A DNA stretch of 64,000 nucleotides, from assembly GCF_009914755.1 (NCBI RefSeq), contig NC_060947.1. One strand, given 5' to 3'. The notes below the pieces were generated by a model. That model did no database searches and was not told the origin of the DNA. It worked only from the letters and a program-made list of their open reading frames with translations. The DNA comes from the human T2T-CHM13v2.0 reference genome, Homo sapiens. Position 1 is the first letter of the stretch. Every line of letters starts with the position of its first letter. The position numbers and the translations under genes were made by a program. Of this stretch, positions 42,410 to 59,140 are shown one piece after another.

Positions 42410-43600
42410 TTTAATAAAAACAAACAATTCAAGGAATATACATTGATCACTTTACCATGTAAAAGCTCTGTGCAGAAATTGTTTTTCCGTGATCTACTGG
42501 GGTGGAGGGGGGAGAAATATACCTAAATAACCAGAAAATACTGCAAGATGTAAGTTGCAAAAATGAAATATAAAAATACAAGCATGATACTTTAGGAAGA
42601 CCAAGGTGGAAGAGACTAATTTTACTTAGGGGAAGGTGTGGATGGGGACAGGACTCAGAAAAGGAGTCCTGAAGGAAATTACTTTTCTTCTAGGCATTGA
42701 GGAATAATTTCAATCAACATGGAGGGCAGAGATGGAAGGGGAGGGGCTGAAAGGAAGAATAATTCTGGTTGAGGGAACTGCATGAGCGATATACAGGGTA
42801 AATTTGAGGAATGGAGAAGGCAGGTTCCACTGTGACTGCCACACAAAATACAAGGTGGATGGGGGAGAAAAAAAAATGTGAAAAGGCAGATTGGGATGGA
42901 CTTTAAAAGACCTTCTAAGGCATTTGGATTTTGCAAGTGATAGAAAGCCAGCGTTTTTTGAGCAGGAGAGTGACACTGCTACCAAATTTATTTTTTATTA
43001 AATTAGGTGTCAATAAAAGTATTTGAAATAACCCAAATGTTCAATACAGAAGATTGGTTGGAAATAGAATAGTATATTCCCATAATGGAGTATTATGCCA
43101 CCATAAAAAAGAACAAAGGTGATTTCTGTACATAAATGCATCTCCAGGATATGCCATTAAGAAAAAAGATACAACGTAACATATTTAGCATGCTATCTTA
43201 TATTTAAGAAAGGGAGAAAATACTAATAAATACATACAGGCACACATTTTGCTTGTATTTGCCAAAAATGAAAAAAATCACTTAAGGACAAATGAAGAAC
43301 TAATGAAAATATTTACCTATAGAGGAGAGGGGGAAAGCAGGGTGGAGGGCACAGAAATTGAAGTGAAATTTTTCTAAACATAACTCGTTATATTACTTTG
43401 ACTGGAAATATAGATCCATTTTCTATAATTAAAAATAATTTAAACAGGAAAAATTTGGTGGCAAATATAGCAGGGAGACTGGAAGCAAGGATGATGCTTA
43501 GAAGGCCATTGCAAACAAGTTCAGTCAAGGAACGAGAAGTTTTCTGAACTACATTACTGGTGGAAGGTGGTGGAGGAGAGGTGGAGACACTGGTGGTGGC
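42410..43600. mobile_element. L2 (minus) with nested L1ME 3' end (about 43025-43440, plus)
   Basis: gagggaactgcatg and ttttgagcaggagagtgaca L2 motifs; cataatggagtattatgc L1 motif. Confidence 0.55.
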
Positions 43601-43789
43601 AAAGGTATCGCTTCTAAATGCTGCTTGTCCAGGTCTATTGGAACTGACTGCCTGATTAAGGAGAATTCATGCAATTTTAGAGTTCACCCACAGGACAGCA
43701 GAAAGTAGTGGATGAGCCCCTACAGCTGTATGAAGTAAGTAGTCTGGGAAGTTAAACTCACATTTTATTAAATATTGATTAATCCTTAC

Positions 43790-43880
43790 TTGCCCAGCGC
43801 ACACCGACCAGGAGTGTGGACAGACAGGGGTGTGGATAAAAATTGCCTGGATAATGGAAAGAGCTTTGGCACTGAGCTCC
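43790..43880 (-). pseudogene. Possible exon (91 nt)
   Basis: tttag| acceptor and CAA|gtaagg donor; all three frames open; unique sequence. Confidence 0.35.
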
Positions 43881-44045
43881 CTAAACCTCACAGAGTTGCT
43901 AAAACCTCAAAGTTCATTCACTTCCCCCAGAATGACTCAGAGCCACTCAATTAGGTAGCAAATCAAACTTATCTCCTCTCCTTAGCTACTTAAGTTTTCC
44001 TGCTGCCACTACAGGTGCTGTCACTGGCTATGCCGTCATCCTTAC

Positions 44046-44127
44046 CTTGTCCACCTAGAGTGTTCATCACGAGCTGTTTTTGCCCACTTATCCCCCAGTC
44101 ACTGCCCACTTTGATACCACTGCTCCT
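44046..44127 (-). pseudogene. Possible 5' exon of the pseudogene
   Basis: Strong donor CAAG|gtaagg at 44046 preceded by ATG AAC ACT CTA GGT GGA CAA. The 5' boundary is uncertain. Confidence 0.3.
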
Positions 44128-44579
44128 AAGGCCACTAAAGCTGCCTCACTGCGTGACCTTGCTCTGATTTCTCCAACTTCTCTTGGTGCGGAAGTTTCCT
44201 GAGAAGGACATACCTGAGAAGCATCCACCAGAACTGTACTCACACCACCCAACTGATCTGGACCTTCTGGAGAGGCAAAGGGCCTGCTCTAACCTGAGAA
44301 GTGGAGGAGATTTTGTCTTCTTTACACTGAGGAGTTTTAATCCTAGAGCCAATGTTATTTAATTCCAGTTGTGATCACTTCTATGAAGGCTATTTTGAGG
44401 ACCTGTCACAGGCAAGTGTGTGTGCCTTAAACGGGGTGTTGGGTTATTTTTGTTCTTTGTATCATGATTCTCTATACTTACATATAAGTTATAATTATTT
44501 TTTTGCCATCTATTCAATACTTAATCAATGTTTTAAAAATACTCAATTGACACTTCAGGAGAGTTTTTAAGTGTTATTC

Positions 44580-44790
44580 ATGTGGGTTCAGGTTCAGCTC
44601 TAGCACTTAGCAGCTGTGTGATTTTGGGCAAGTTACTTAACCTCCCTAAGCCTTGATTTTCTTATCCGTGAAATGGGAATGTCAAAACATTTACCTCATG
44701 GATGGTTGTGAGGATTAAATGAGAAAATGCATGTAAACTGCTTATCCAAGTAGTACTGTGTACAGAGTAAGTGCTTATTAATGTTCACTA
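44580..44790 (+). mobile_element. MIR
   Basis: ttgggcaagttacttaacctc...ttgtgaggattaaatgag. Confidence 0.85.
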
Positions 44791-44839
44791 TAACTTAAAA
44801 TATGATGATGGGAAATGATAGCATGGGAAAATACTCACG

Positions 44840-47095
44840 ATTTGACATATGTATACATTATGTAATGATTACCACAGTCAGATTAACACATCCATCACCA
44901 CCCATGCTGTACATTAGATCCCCTGAACTTGTCATCTTATAGATTGTACCCTGTGACTAACATGTCCCCATTCCCCCAACCTCGTACTCTGGTAACCACC
45001 ATTCTACTCTTTGCCTCTATGTGTTTGACTTCTTTAGAGTCCACATGTAAGTTGAGACCATGCAGTATTTGTCTTTCTATGTCTGATTATTTCACTTATC
45101 ATAATGTCTTCCAGGTTCATCCATGTTGTTGCAAATGGCAGGATTTCATTCTTTTTTATGGCTGAATAATATAAATATGATATATAAATATGAATATATG
45201 CTATATACACAATGGAATATCTATACACATACACATATATCAATCACATTTTCTTTATTCATTTGTCAATGGACACTTAGGTTGTTTCCATATATTGACT
45301 ATCATGAATAATGCTGCAATGAACACAGGGGTGCAGATGCCTGTTTGAGATACCAATTTCATCTCCTTTGGATATATACCCAGAAGTGGGATTACTAGAT
45401 TTTATGGTGGTTCCATGTTTAATTTTTTGAAGAACCAGCATACTTTTTTCCATAATGGCTGTATTAATTTACATTCCTACCAACAGTATGCTAGGGTTTC
45501 CTTTTCTCCACATTCTCACCAACATTTGTTATATCTTGTCTTTTTTGGTATCCTAACAGCATAAGCTGATATACCACTTTGGTTTTGATTTGCATTTCCC
45601 TAATCATTAGTGATGTTGCACACCTTTACATATATATATGTGTAGGTCATTTGTGTGTTTTCTTTGGAAAAAATGTCTATTCATGTTCTTAGCCCATTCG
45701 TGAATAAGGTTTTTTGTCTTTTTGCTATTGAATTATCCTTTTATGATAAAAACTCTCAACAAATTAGGCATAGAAGGAATGTGCCTCAACATAATAAAGG
45801 CAATATATGGCAAACCCACAGCTAACATCATACTCAGTGGTGAAAAGCTGAAAGCTTTTCTTCTAAGATCAGAAACAATACAAGGGTGCTCACTTTCACT
45901 ACTACTATCCAACATAGTACTGGAAGTCCTAGCCAGAGAAGCTAGGCTAAATAAATAAATGGCATTCAAATTTGAAAGGAAGAAATAAAATTGTCTGTTT
46001 GCAGATGACATGATCTTATATATAGAAAACCCTAAAGACTCAATTAAAAAACTATTAGAACTAATAAATTCAATAAAGTTGCCGGATACAACATACAGAA
46101 ATCAGCTGTGTTTCTATATACTAACAATGAACTATCCAAAAAAGAAATTAAGAAAAATGATCCCTTTATAATAATATCAAAAAGAATAAAATACTTAGGA
46201 ATAAATTTAATCAAGGAGGCAAAAGATCTGTATGCTGAAAACTATACAGCACTGATGTGAAGGAAATTATAGAAGACACAAATAAATGGAAACATATCTC
46301 ATGTTCATGAATTGAAAGAACTAATATTGATAAATTTTCTCACTACCCAAAGTGATCTTTGAAAATACAGAGTCAATGCAATCCCTATCAAAATTAAAAT
46401 GGCATTTTTCATAGAAATAGTAAAAACAATTCTAATATTTGTATGGAATCCCAAAAGACCTAGAGTAGCCAAAACACTGTTTGGAAAGAAGAACAAAACT
46501 GGAGATATCACATTCTCTAATTTCAAACTATATTACAAGACTCTAGTAATCAAAAGAGTATGGTTCTGATATAAGAACAGACACATAGATCAATGGGGCA
46601 GAATAGAGAGACCAGAAATAAACCCACATATAAAATAAGCTTTAACAAGGGTGGCAAGGATTGACATTGGAGAAAGGAAAGTTTCTTCAACAGTGTTGGG
46701 GAAACTGGATATTCACATGCAAAAGAATAAAATTGGACCCTTGTCTGATATGATATACAAAAATTAACTTGAATCGGATTAAAGTTGTCAATGTAAAATC
46801 TGAAACTGTAAAACTCCTTGAAGAAGACAGGAAAAAAGCTCCTTGACATTGATTGGCAAGCACTGGCAAGAATTTCTTGGCTATGAAACCAAAAGTGCTG
46901 GCAACAAAAGCAAAAAATAAACAGTGGGACTACAACAAATTAAAAAGCTTTTGCACAGCAAAGAAAACAATCAACAGAGTGAAGAGACCACCTATGTAAT
47001 GGGAGAAAATATTTGCAAACCATATGTATGATAAGGTGCTAATATCCAAAATATTTGGGAAACTCATGCAACTCAATAGTAAAAAAAACAAATAG
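44840..47095 (-). mobile_element. L1MA element with 5' inversion (44840-45734 minus, 45735-47095 plus)
   Basis: 3'UTR on the minus strand; ORF2 RT fragment on the plus strand (ttgcagatgacatgatc, ADDM). Confidence 0.9.
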
Positions 47096-48164
47096 GTGAT
47101 TTTTATTTATCTTTTTATACTGATATATATTTTCCAAGTCTCCACCAGTGTATATAGTTACTTTCGTAATTTGAAAAGAAACATTAAATGTTATCTTAAA
47201 GAATAAAAGAAGGTGAGAAAGAATGAAGCATCTAGATTTGGCAAGTGAGAAGCAAGATGAGACTGGAGAGCTAAATAAAGCCAGATCATGTAGAGCATTG
47301 GAAGCTACCTTAGGGCTTTGAGATTGGATCTTTGAATAGCCGTGAAAGCCCAGTCAAAGGCTTTGACCGTGGATGGAGCAGGGCCAAGTCTGGATTTCTA
47401 AAACCTCACACTAGATTCAGGGTTTCCACAAAAGATGGTGAAGTAAAGGAATTTTTGTTACACTCTTTTGCTCCAACACCACAGACTTGAACAAAGGAAA
47501 ATTCCATCCACAATGAAACTAAGAAATGAATACTACTACCCAAATAGTGATGAATATTTGCTAAGTATAGTGAAACTTGGACAAAGTGATGGGTTAATGC
47601 TGGGGGCTAACAAATAGCTTTCCAGATCTAAAGGAAACTGTAAATATCTATGCACATAAGCAAAGGCATGCCTTTAGATATAATGTTGTAGGTGGGCTAT
47701 GGGAGTGAGTGGGCCATGGTGAAACAGGGATTATCACTGTGCAGACCTTTTCCACCCTGAAGAAGTACAGGGGAATCAATGTTGAAGAAAAGACACCATG
47801 GATATGCCATTTTTGTTTTCTCCAGCCCAGATAAACTTCCTCTAGATGAGACAGGGATGACAAAAGCTTGCCATTAAAACTGCTGTTTACCAGAGTCAGA
47901 GAGCAAAGAAAAACAAAATGAAACAAGACAAAAACCCATAAGTCCATGAAAGAAAAAAGTTCAGTAAGCTCAAAAGTTGAGCCAATAGATCTTCCAGGTG
48001 AATGATGCCCTCCCCTTAAGAGATGTGCCAAGAGCTGATGAAGATGTGTATCACTCCCACGGAAGAGACCTAGATTTTGGCATAGAATTTTCTAAGCCAT
48101 CATACCGGATTTAAAACCAAAGGCTACCATGGGATGCTCCCTTTTCTCTTCCTCGGTGTTACTT

Positions 48165-49460
48165 TTGTTTGTTTGTATTAAGTAAAATTTACCTGTAATA
48201 AAAGGTACAAATCTTGTGTACAGTTCAATAAATCATAGCAAATGTATACACCTCTGTAACCACTATCCCAATCGAGAACATAATAGAATATTTCTATCAC
48301 CCAAGAAAGCCTTTCTGTGTGCCCTTGCAGTCAATCTCTAACTTCCCTTTTCTGCTTTCCTGCTATAGGCAATCACTGTTCTGATTTCTATCCCCACCAA
48401 ATAGTTTTGTCTTTTTTGAACTTCCTATCAACATAATCATAGAGTATATACTCTTTCCTGTTTGGCTTCTTTTGCTCAACGTAATGTCTCTGAGATTCTA
48501 TATATATGCAATTCATTGCTTTTTATTGCTGACTGGTATTTCATTATGTGAATATACCACAGTTTATTTATCCAGACTTCTATTAATAGACATTTGTTTG
48601 GTCTCCAGTTTTTGGTAATTATGGGTAAAAGTGCTGTGAACATTCTTTTAAAATTCCTTTTGTGGACATAGGTTTCCATTTCTCTTGAGTAAACTGAAGT
48701 GGAGTTAATGGTTATAGTATAGGTTTATAGTTTACTTTCTGAGAAACTGACAGTTTTTCAAAGTGGTGGTACCATTTCACACTCCCACATCAATGCTGAA
48801 TTTCAGTTACTCCCCATCCTCACCGAACTTTAGTGTTATTAGACTTAAATTTTGGCTATTTTAGTGGGTGTGACGTGGTATCATATTGTGGTTTTAATTT
48901 GTATTTCTCTGATAACTGATGAAGTTGAACCCCTTTTCATGTGCTTGTCGGTCATATATTTTCTTTCATGAAGTGTCTTTTTATTCATTTGTTCATTCAT
49001 TTATTTACTTTAAATTGACAGATAAAATTTTATGCCTTTACTTTGTACAACATATTGTTTTGAAGTATATATGCATTGTGGAATGACTAAATATAGCAAA
49101 TTAACACATGCATTACCTCACATCGTTTTCATTTGTATGGTGAGAACACTTTACATCCATTCTCCTAGCATTTTTCAAAAATACAATATATTGCTAACTA
49201 CAGTCACCAGATTGTAAAATAGATCTCTTGAACTTATCCCTCCTATTCAACCAAATTTTATGTCCTTTGACCAACATTTCCCCAACCCCCTGTCAACCAC
49301 CCCAGCCCCTGGTAACCATGATTCTTTTCAAGTATTTTATGCATTTTTAAATTGGAATTTTTGTCATTTTATTATTGAAAGCATTCTTTAAGAATTCTGG
49401 ATACAAGTCTCTTGTGAGACATATGTGTCGTGGATATTTTCTCCCAGTTTTATAGCTGTT
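48165..49460 (-). mobile_element. L1MB-like 3' end with nested L1MA 3' end (about 49000-49325)
   Basis: Typical antisense L1 3'UTR motifs. Confidence 0.75.
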
Positions 49461-49739
49461 TATGGTGAGAAGGAAAGTTCATTTCCAGTTACTCTGTCAT
49501 GGCGGGAATCAGAGATCCTCCTCACATTATCTATGTAGTGACTCTCTCCAGAACTTCCACCCTTTAAAGACGGGCAAAATGAAGAAAGGGCCCTGCATGG
49601 CTTGTATAGCGATATTAGCACCATCACCCCACGTGCCACCTGCAAAAAGAGAAAAAGAGAAGAAAATAAACATGTCAAAGGAAGAATGTACATCAGAAGA
49701 ATCATCCTTGGAAACAAGCAAATGTCAGGAACTATAGGT

Positions 49740-49960
49740 CAGCACTGTTACACAACCAAACTTTCTGCAATGATGGAAGTGTTCAACTTCTAAGTTGTTC
49801 AGCTTAGGAACTACCAGCCACATATGGCTACTGAGCACTTGAGATGTGACCAGTGCAACTAAGGAACTGAAATTTTAATTGTATTTAATTTTAATTAATT
49901 TAAATATATTTAATTTTAATTAATTTAATTTGGGCTAGTGGCTACCAACTGGATAGTGCC
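49740..49960. mobile_element. MER3-like hAT fossil
   Basis: ctttctgcaatgatggaa...gccacatatggctactgagcacttga. Confidence 0.75.
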
Positions 49961-50668
49961 GCTCTGTACTCTCATTTTATACTGTCACATGGACTCCTTG
50001 GGGGATCAAAAAGGAGACATTCAGAAAATCAAGTCAGAGAGGGGACTTGATTTTTCCTGAGCATCAGAACATACCAAAAAGCCACTTTTATCAAATCAAT
50101 ATGATATTGACATAAGAAAAGACAAAGTAATCAGTGGAAAAGAGTAGAGAATCAAGAATTATATCCCAGTATATATGAGAAATTAATAAGTGACAAATGT
50201 CATAGTTCAAACCCATTTTGGGGAAAAGTAAGAATTTGTTAAAATAACTGGTATGTTGCAATTGGATGTCCATCTTGAAAAACATAAAAATGGACTCCAT
50301 CTTCCATGAAATAAAATATTAATTTTAGAAGATATAAAAAGGCAAATGTAAAATTAAACAACTAGAATCTTTAGAGAAAATTAGGAGACTATGTACAATA
50401 TAGGGTCAGGGGAACCCTCTTAACCAAGGTTAAAAACACAGAAGCTATAAAGGAAAAGATAGGCATATTTGGCTATACATGTGCAAAAATGTACATAGGT
50501 TGTAAGGACACTTGTTGATGGTGGAGGTGGATTACTCTATTCTGTCTGGGACAGGAACCTCAGTGGTGGGGGCCTTTAGAATGAGGCTTTCCACTGAGGG
50601 GCTAGTAGATTCTATGACCATTTTTTCCCTTTTGAAATGGTCTATACTATGCCATTCTCACCATTGTA

Positions 50669-52182
<1,514 letters not shown>

Positions 52183-52184
52183 TA

Positions 52185-53175
<991 letters not shown>

Positions 53176-53499
53176 TTCAGCTTCTCTTTTAGTCCTAGTT
53201 AACCCAAAAGTAGGATTTCTTCTGTTAGATGACAATTGTTGGGGCCTCATTCACATGACCTTTACCTGTGACTTCTCAGTTCTTTCTTTCCTTTTTCCAT
53301 TTTGTTGAGGTATAATTGAAACATCCTATTTTAGTTCTCTTTTGCATGCACTGAGAATTTGGAGGAAGCTCCAGGCAGTGTCAAGAGATGACCCTCCCTT
53401 TCCCACTCAACCTCCTAATGATTACATTGGCTAAGCTGCAGTACAGGTATTTTTAGAACTATTTAATTCAGTAAATAGTTAAACAGTAACAACAGCCAC

Positions 53500-54985
53500 A
53501 GACAAAACTTTTACATTACAAAGGACACCATAAACAAATTCATTAAACAAAGACCTGGAAAAATACACCCAGAAGGCAACCACAGGTTTAATACCAATAA
53601 TATAAAGAGCTATTACAAATTGACAAGAAAATTAAAAACAACTCAGTAAAAAACTGAGAAAAGGATATACACAGACTAGTAACAGACTTGCAAATTCAAA
53701 TGGCCAATTACATGAAAAGATGCTCAAATCTGTGAGTAGAGAAATGAAAAGTGAAAAAGCAATGTAATATTACTTTATATACAACAGAGTAGAAAAGATT
53801 AATAAGAAAAATGCCATCTCTCCTGGGCAGCAATGTAGGAAAGAGTATCATAAATTGCTGGGAAAAGTGAAGCATTGCAGCCTTATCTGAAAAGCATCCT
53901 GGTCTTTTCTGTTAAAATTAACAATATACACACTTTTTGGCCCAGGAAATCTATTCCTGGGAAATTACCTTAAAGAGATAAAAGTCCCTGTATGTAAGGA
54001 TATTCAAGAATCTTTTTCCTGTACTGTTTGAAGTGGCAAAAAAAAAAAAAAAAAAGAATGCCCATCAAGAGAAAAATGGCTAAATAATTATAGTAAATTC
54101 ATAAGATGGAATAACATGCAGCCATTTAACAATTGAATTAGAGATAAATAAGATGACTTAGAAGTATTTCCATAAGGTGTTGTTGAGAAAAGCAAGATGC
54201 AAACAAATAACATAATAGGATCTTATTTCTGTAAAGCAAACATTGATCAGATGAAAGCATATGTGTTTGTTTATCATATCTGCCCATGAGACAGATTGAA
54301 TTAATGCCCTAATTTTGTACCACTTCCTGTATTCATGCCCTTGCAATGTAACGTCACAGTTTCTTCCATCAAGAGATGAAATACAGTTCCCCACCCATTG
54401 ATTATGATTTTAGCCAATAGGATGTTAGCTGTCACATAAACAGACACTTTAAAAAGTGCTTATGTGATTGGACTTGCCTGCTTGCACTTCCTCTGTCTCC
54501 ATGAGGTAGGAAAATCTTGGTCTAGCCCACTGATCCAAGGAGGAGGATGAGAGAGAAGTGAAGCCACACTATGTTACCCCTGACAGATCCTACCTAGAGC
54601 AGAGGCCCCAGTCGATCCTGTAATGCGTGAGGAAGCTCAGCCAACAGTGACCAAATTCCAATCTCATGATTTATGAACTATAATAATAAGTAATAGCCAT
54701 ATTAAGTCACTGAGTTTGGGGGTAGTTCATTATGCAGAATAACTAACTGATACCGTGTATGTGTGTGTGTTTATCTGCTTATGCACATACTGTCTGTATA
54801 GGATTAGATGTTTGTGCACAAAATTGAAAAGATACACAGTAGGTTAGTCTGGATTATGGGGTGGTATGATGTAGGTTGGAGTGGGAAGACAGGAATAAAG
54901 CAAAAAATTAAGCATAAATAAACACATAAATAAAAGAAGCACTCTAAAATAAAAATGCATGTATGCCAGCCCTTTTATGTATGTT
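53500..54985 (+). mobile_element. Old L1ME 3' region with nested MLT1 LTR (about 54286-54753)
   Basis: catgaaaagatgctca L1 motif; MLT1 end ttaagtcactgagtttgggggtag...taactgatac. Confidence 0.6.
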
Positions 54986-54998
54986 TAAAATTTCATAC

Positions 54999-55472
54999 TG
55001 TACAGTTTGTTGAACAGCACCCCAGCTCTCCCCCCAGAAAAAAATATATCCAGAATCTCAGAATGTGAACTTATTTGGAATAAGGGTCTTTGCAGATGTA
55101 ATTAAGGTAAGAATCTTGAGATGAGATGATCCTGGATTAGAGTAAGGCTTTAAATCCAATGACTGGCATCCTTATAAGTGACAGAAAAGGACAAGGAACA
55201 GAGAGAAACAAAGGGGAAGGTCATGTAAAGCCAGAAGCAATGATTAGAGTGATGCGTATACGAGCCAAGGAAAGCTAAAGATTGCTGGCAGCCACCAGAA
55301 GCCAGGAGTGAAATACAGAACGGAATCTCCCTCAGAGCCTCCAGAAGACAGCAACACTGAAACCTTGATTTTGGATTTTTGGCCTCCAGAACAATGAGAT
55401 AATATAATTCTTTTGTTTCAAACCACCAAGTTTATGGTACTTTGTTATGGCATCCCTAGGGAACAAATATGT
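54999..55472 (+). mobile_element. MLT1B/C LTR
   Basis: cagaatgtgaacttatttggaataagggtctttgcagatgtaattaag. Confidence 0.8.
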
Positions 55473-55487
55473 ACTGTGTACGTAGTG

Positions 55488-55900
55488 TCCATCAGTCAAG
55501 ATGGTGTTCAGCTGTATCAGAGAACTGACTACTGGCTTAAATAAATAGAGACTCATTTTTCTCATGTAACAAGAAGTATGCAGATAGACAGTTCATGGCT
55601 GGTACAGCAGCTTGTACATATAATCTACACCCAGGTTTCTTATAGATTCATGCTTTATTATTAATATGTGTTGCTATCTTTCTTATATGATAAATGGATG
55701 CTGTACCTGAGGTATCTAGCTGCTTTTCTGACAGTAAAAAAAGAAGAACAAATATTATAGAAGAAAGCAGAAGACACATACCAGTGTTGACTGTCCTTTT
55801 ATATAAAGTTTTTCCAGACGGCCACAGAGAAATTTTTTCTTTCATGTCATTGGCCAGAACTGACCTCTCCTAGTTGCAAGGGGGCAGGCATAAAATATGA
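55488..55900 (-). mobile_element. MLT1J/K-like LTR
   Basis: ttctcatgtaacaagaagt and tcattggccagaactg motifs. Confidence 0.55.
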
Positions 55901-56213
55901 TCATATTCAGGAGATATTTTGAAAATCGAGCCACTGTGATTTCAGTATGATGGGTTAGATATTGAATCAGAAGAGATATAAAGGAGCCAAAATGAGCAAG
56001 CGGAAAAAGGTAGCTTTCCCCAATTGAGAGGAAATGTACAATTACAAACAAATTACACGGAAAGGTTGTTTTTAAGGAGGAACAGGAAAATGCCTCAGTG
56101 ATGAGATAGTAAGTGATGATAAGATGCAGAGAAAGAGCTATAAGATGTGCTGGCAGAACTCAGGAAATATGGATAAAAACAAAACAATTATTAAAAATAA
56201 AAACCGTATTTGT

Positions 56214-56435
56214 AATGTAAACTATGGACTTTGGGTGATAATGATGTGTCAGTGTAGGTTCATCAATAGTAACAAATGCACCACTCTGGTGCAGGATGTT
56301 GATAGTAACAAATGCACCACTCTGGTGCAGGATGTTGATAGTCCGGTAGGCTATGCATGTGTGGGGTTATGGTGTATATGGGAAATCTTTGTACATTTCA
56401 CTCCATTGTGCTGTGAACTTAAAACTGCTTTTTAA
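56214..56435 (+). mobile_element. L1M 3' end carrying a 36-bp tandem duplication
   Basis: taatgtaaactatggactttgggtgataatgatgtgtc. Confidence 0.8.
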
Positions 56436-56448
56436 AATATATTTTTTT

Positions 56449-56759
56449 AGCCAAGTGTGGTGACTCACACCTGTAATCTTTGGAACCTTGGGAGGCTGAC
56501 ATGGTTGGATCGCTTGAGTCCAGGAGTTTGAAACCAGCCTGGGCAGCATGATGAAACCCCATCTCTACAAAAAATACAAAAAAATTAGCCAGGCGTGGTG
56601 GCACCTGTCTGTAGTCCCAGCTACTCTGGAGGCTGAGGTGGAAGGATCACCTGAGCCCAGGGAAGTTGAGGCTGCAGTGAGCTGTGATCATGCCACTGCA
56701 TTCCAGCCTAGGTGACAGAGTAAGATGCCATCTCAAAAAACTAAATAAAATAAAATAAA
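56449..56759 (+). mobile_element. Alu (AluJ)
   Basis: Full dimer with J diagnostics. Confidence 0.9.
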
Positions 56760-57603
56760 GTAAATTGTTTTCTTAAAATCAAGTAAACAGAAAAACATGG
56801 AAAATAATAAAACAAACAACCCATGTACCCACAACCCAGTTTTATCAAATGTTGGCATATTTGTCATGATTTTTAAAAAAATCTTTTTAAAAATAAAGTA
56901 TTTCAGATTGTTGAAAAAATACAGTGCCTTTGAAAGACAAAAAGTTGAAAAGACACTACTAAGATCAAAAGCATATAATGCAGAAATAGGTTTAAAATTA
57001 TGCAATATGAATTGGAAAAGGACAAATAAATGAAAGTAAATAGGAAAAATAAGAGACAGCTATGGAAGAGGGACAAAAGAATGCAAATAAACTCCAGAAA
57101 AAAAAACAGGAAGCCTAACTAAGAAAAAAATATTCAATGACAAAATTTTAAAATACTTTCTGGAAATGAAGGTAGACATGAATCTGTGGATTGAAAGAGT
57201 ACACCAAATTCAAGGAAAAAGTTGATTTAGCCTGGTAAATAGACAAATACTGGAGAAGTTGCTGAACTTCAATGAATACATTGAATCTTATGGGCATCCA
57301 TAAAACAAAACCAGAATAAATCAGGTGGACTTCACACTTCTCCACAGCATTATTCACACTTAGAAAACAGTAGAGCAATGTGTTCAGATTTCAGTGGTGA
57401 AAAAATGAGCTGGTAATATTATAGTCAATCTAGCTGTTGTCCAGATATTAAAAAAAATCAGAAAGCTATTTTTAAAGTGTAATAATTGGGAGACTACTGC
57501 ATCCACAAGCTCTTCTTGGGAAAAGAAGAAATCACCTGATGACAAAATCCAGCCAATCAAGAGATGAATCAAAGTAAAAGACCCAAAGAATGTCAGAGCT
57601 GGT

Positions 57604-57996
<393 letters not shown>

Positions 57997-58379
57997 TCAG
58001 GCAAGTGGAAGCAAAGTGAAAAATAAGGCACCAAAATTAATATCTGATAAGGTTGAATTTTTAAAAATACATTAAAATGGCAAAAAGAATCAATTTTCAA
58101 TGATAAAAGATACAATTCAAGTAGAGACTTAACACATTTATGCATCAAATAACATATAATCAAAATACATACATTAAAAGCCAAAAGGAACTACCATGAG
58201 AAGTTGATAATGTGCTCAAAAGTGGGAAATTTGGACTTACTCTGCAGTAAGACACATCAAGTATACCACCAACTTCCCATCTACTACCATCATCGAAATC
58301 TAAGTAAGTATGTAATAAAGGATTTACCTCACATAATTAGGAGAATCAATTGAATAGATAAATATATATTGAACTCTGT

Positions 58380-58753
58380 TGCTATGGACTGAATGTTTGT
58401 GTCTCCTCCAAATTCATATGTTGAAATCTTAATCTCCAAAGTGATAGTATTTGGAGATGGGACCTTTGGAATTTAATGAGATCATGAAGGTGAAGCCCTC
58501 ATGATGGATTAGTGCCTGTATAAGAAGAGAAAGAGAAAGCTTCCTTTTTTTTTTTCTCTGTTCCCTACAGGATGAGGATATAGCAAGAAGATGGTCATCT
58601 GCAAACCAGGAGGAGGATCCTCACCAGAACCCAACCCTGCTGGTACCTTGATCTTGAACTTCTCAGCCTCCATAACAGTGAGACATAAATTTCTGTTGTT
58701 TAAGCAATTCAGTTTATAATAATTTGTTGTAGCAGCCCCAACTAACTAAGTCA
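58380..58753 (+). mobile_element. MLT1A0-like LTR
   Basis: tgctatggactgaatgtttgtgtctcctccaaattcatatgttgaa. Confidence 0.85.
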
Positions 58754-58970
58754 TCTATACTCTGAAAACAGAATACGTCTTCTTTTTTATGTATCCATAA
58801 AGCAAAACAAATAAACAAACAAACAATAACTTTAATTCCAAGATATCATCCACAATAAGATACACTAATGAACCAACAGGAGATGCAGGGGAAAAAAAAC
58901 CTAACAGTAGTCAACTTTCTTTTAATAGAGGGTGTGAAATATGTTACCATTTTAGAATGATTTAAATAAA

Positions 58971-59140
58971 ACGTATTCATTAAATTTAAGATGCCATCAG
59001 ATTGCAAGGCCTAACATTATCTTATGTTGCACTAAGAAAGTAAAAACGCTGCCAATTACAACTGTAAAATGTCATTAATTATAGATAAGGTGCCACATTT
59101 CAGAGACATTCATGTGTCTTACCAGAATCAATAAAATGGG
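58971..59140 (-). mobile_element. MER104
   Basis: taagatgccatc...cactaagaaag...aaacgctgccaatta. Confidence 0.65.
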
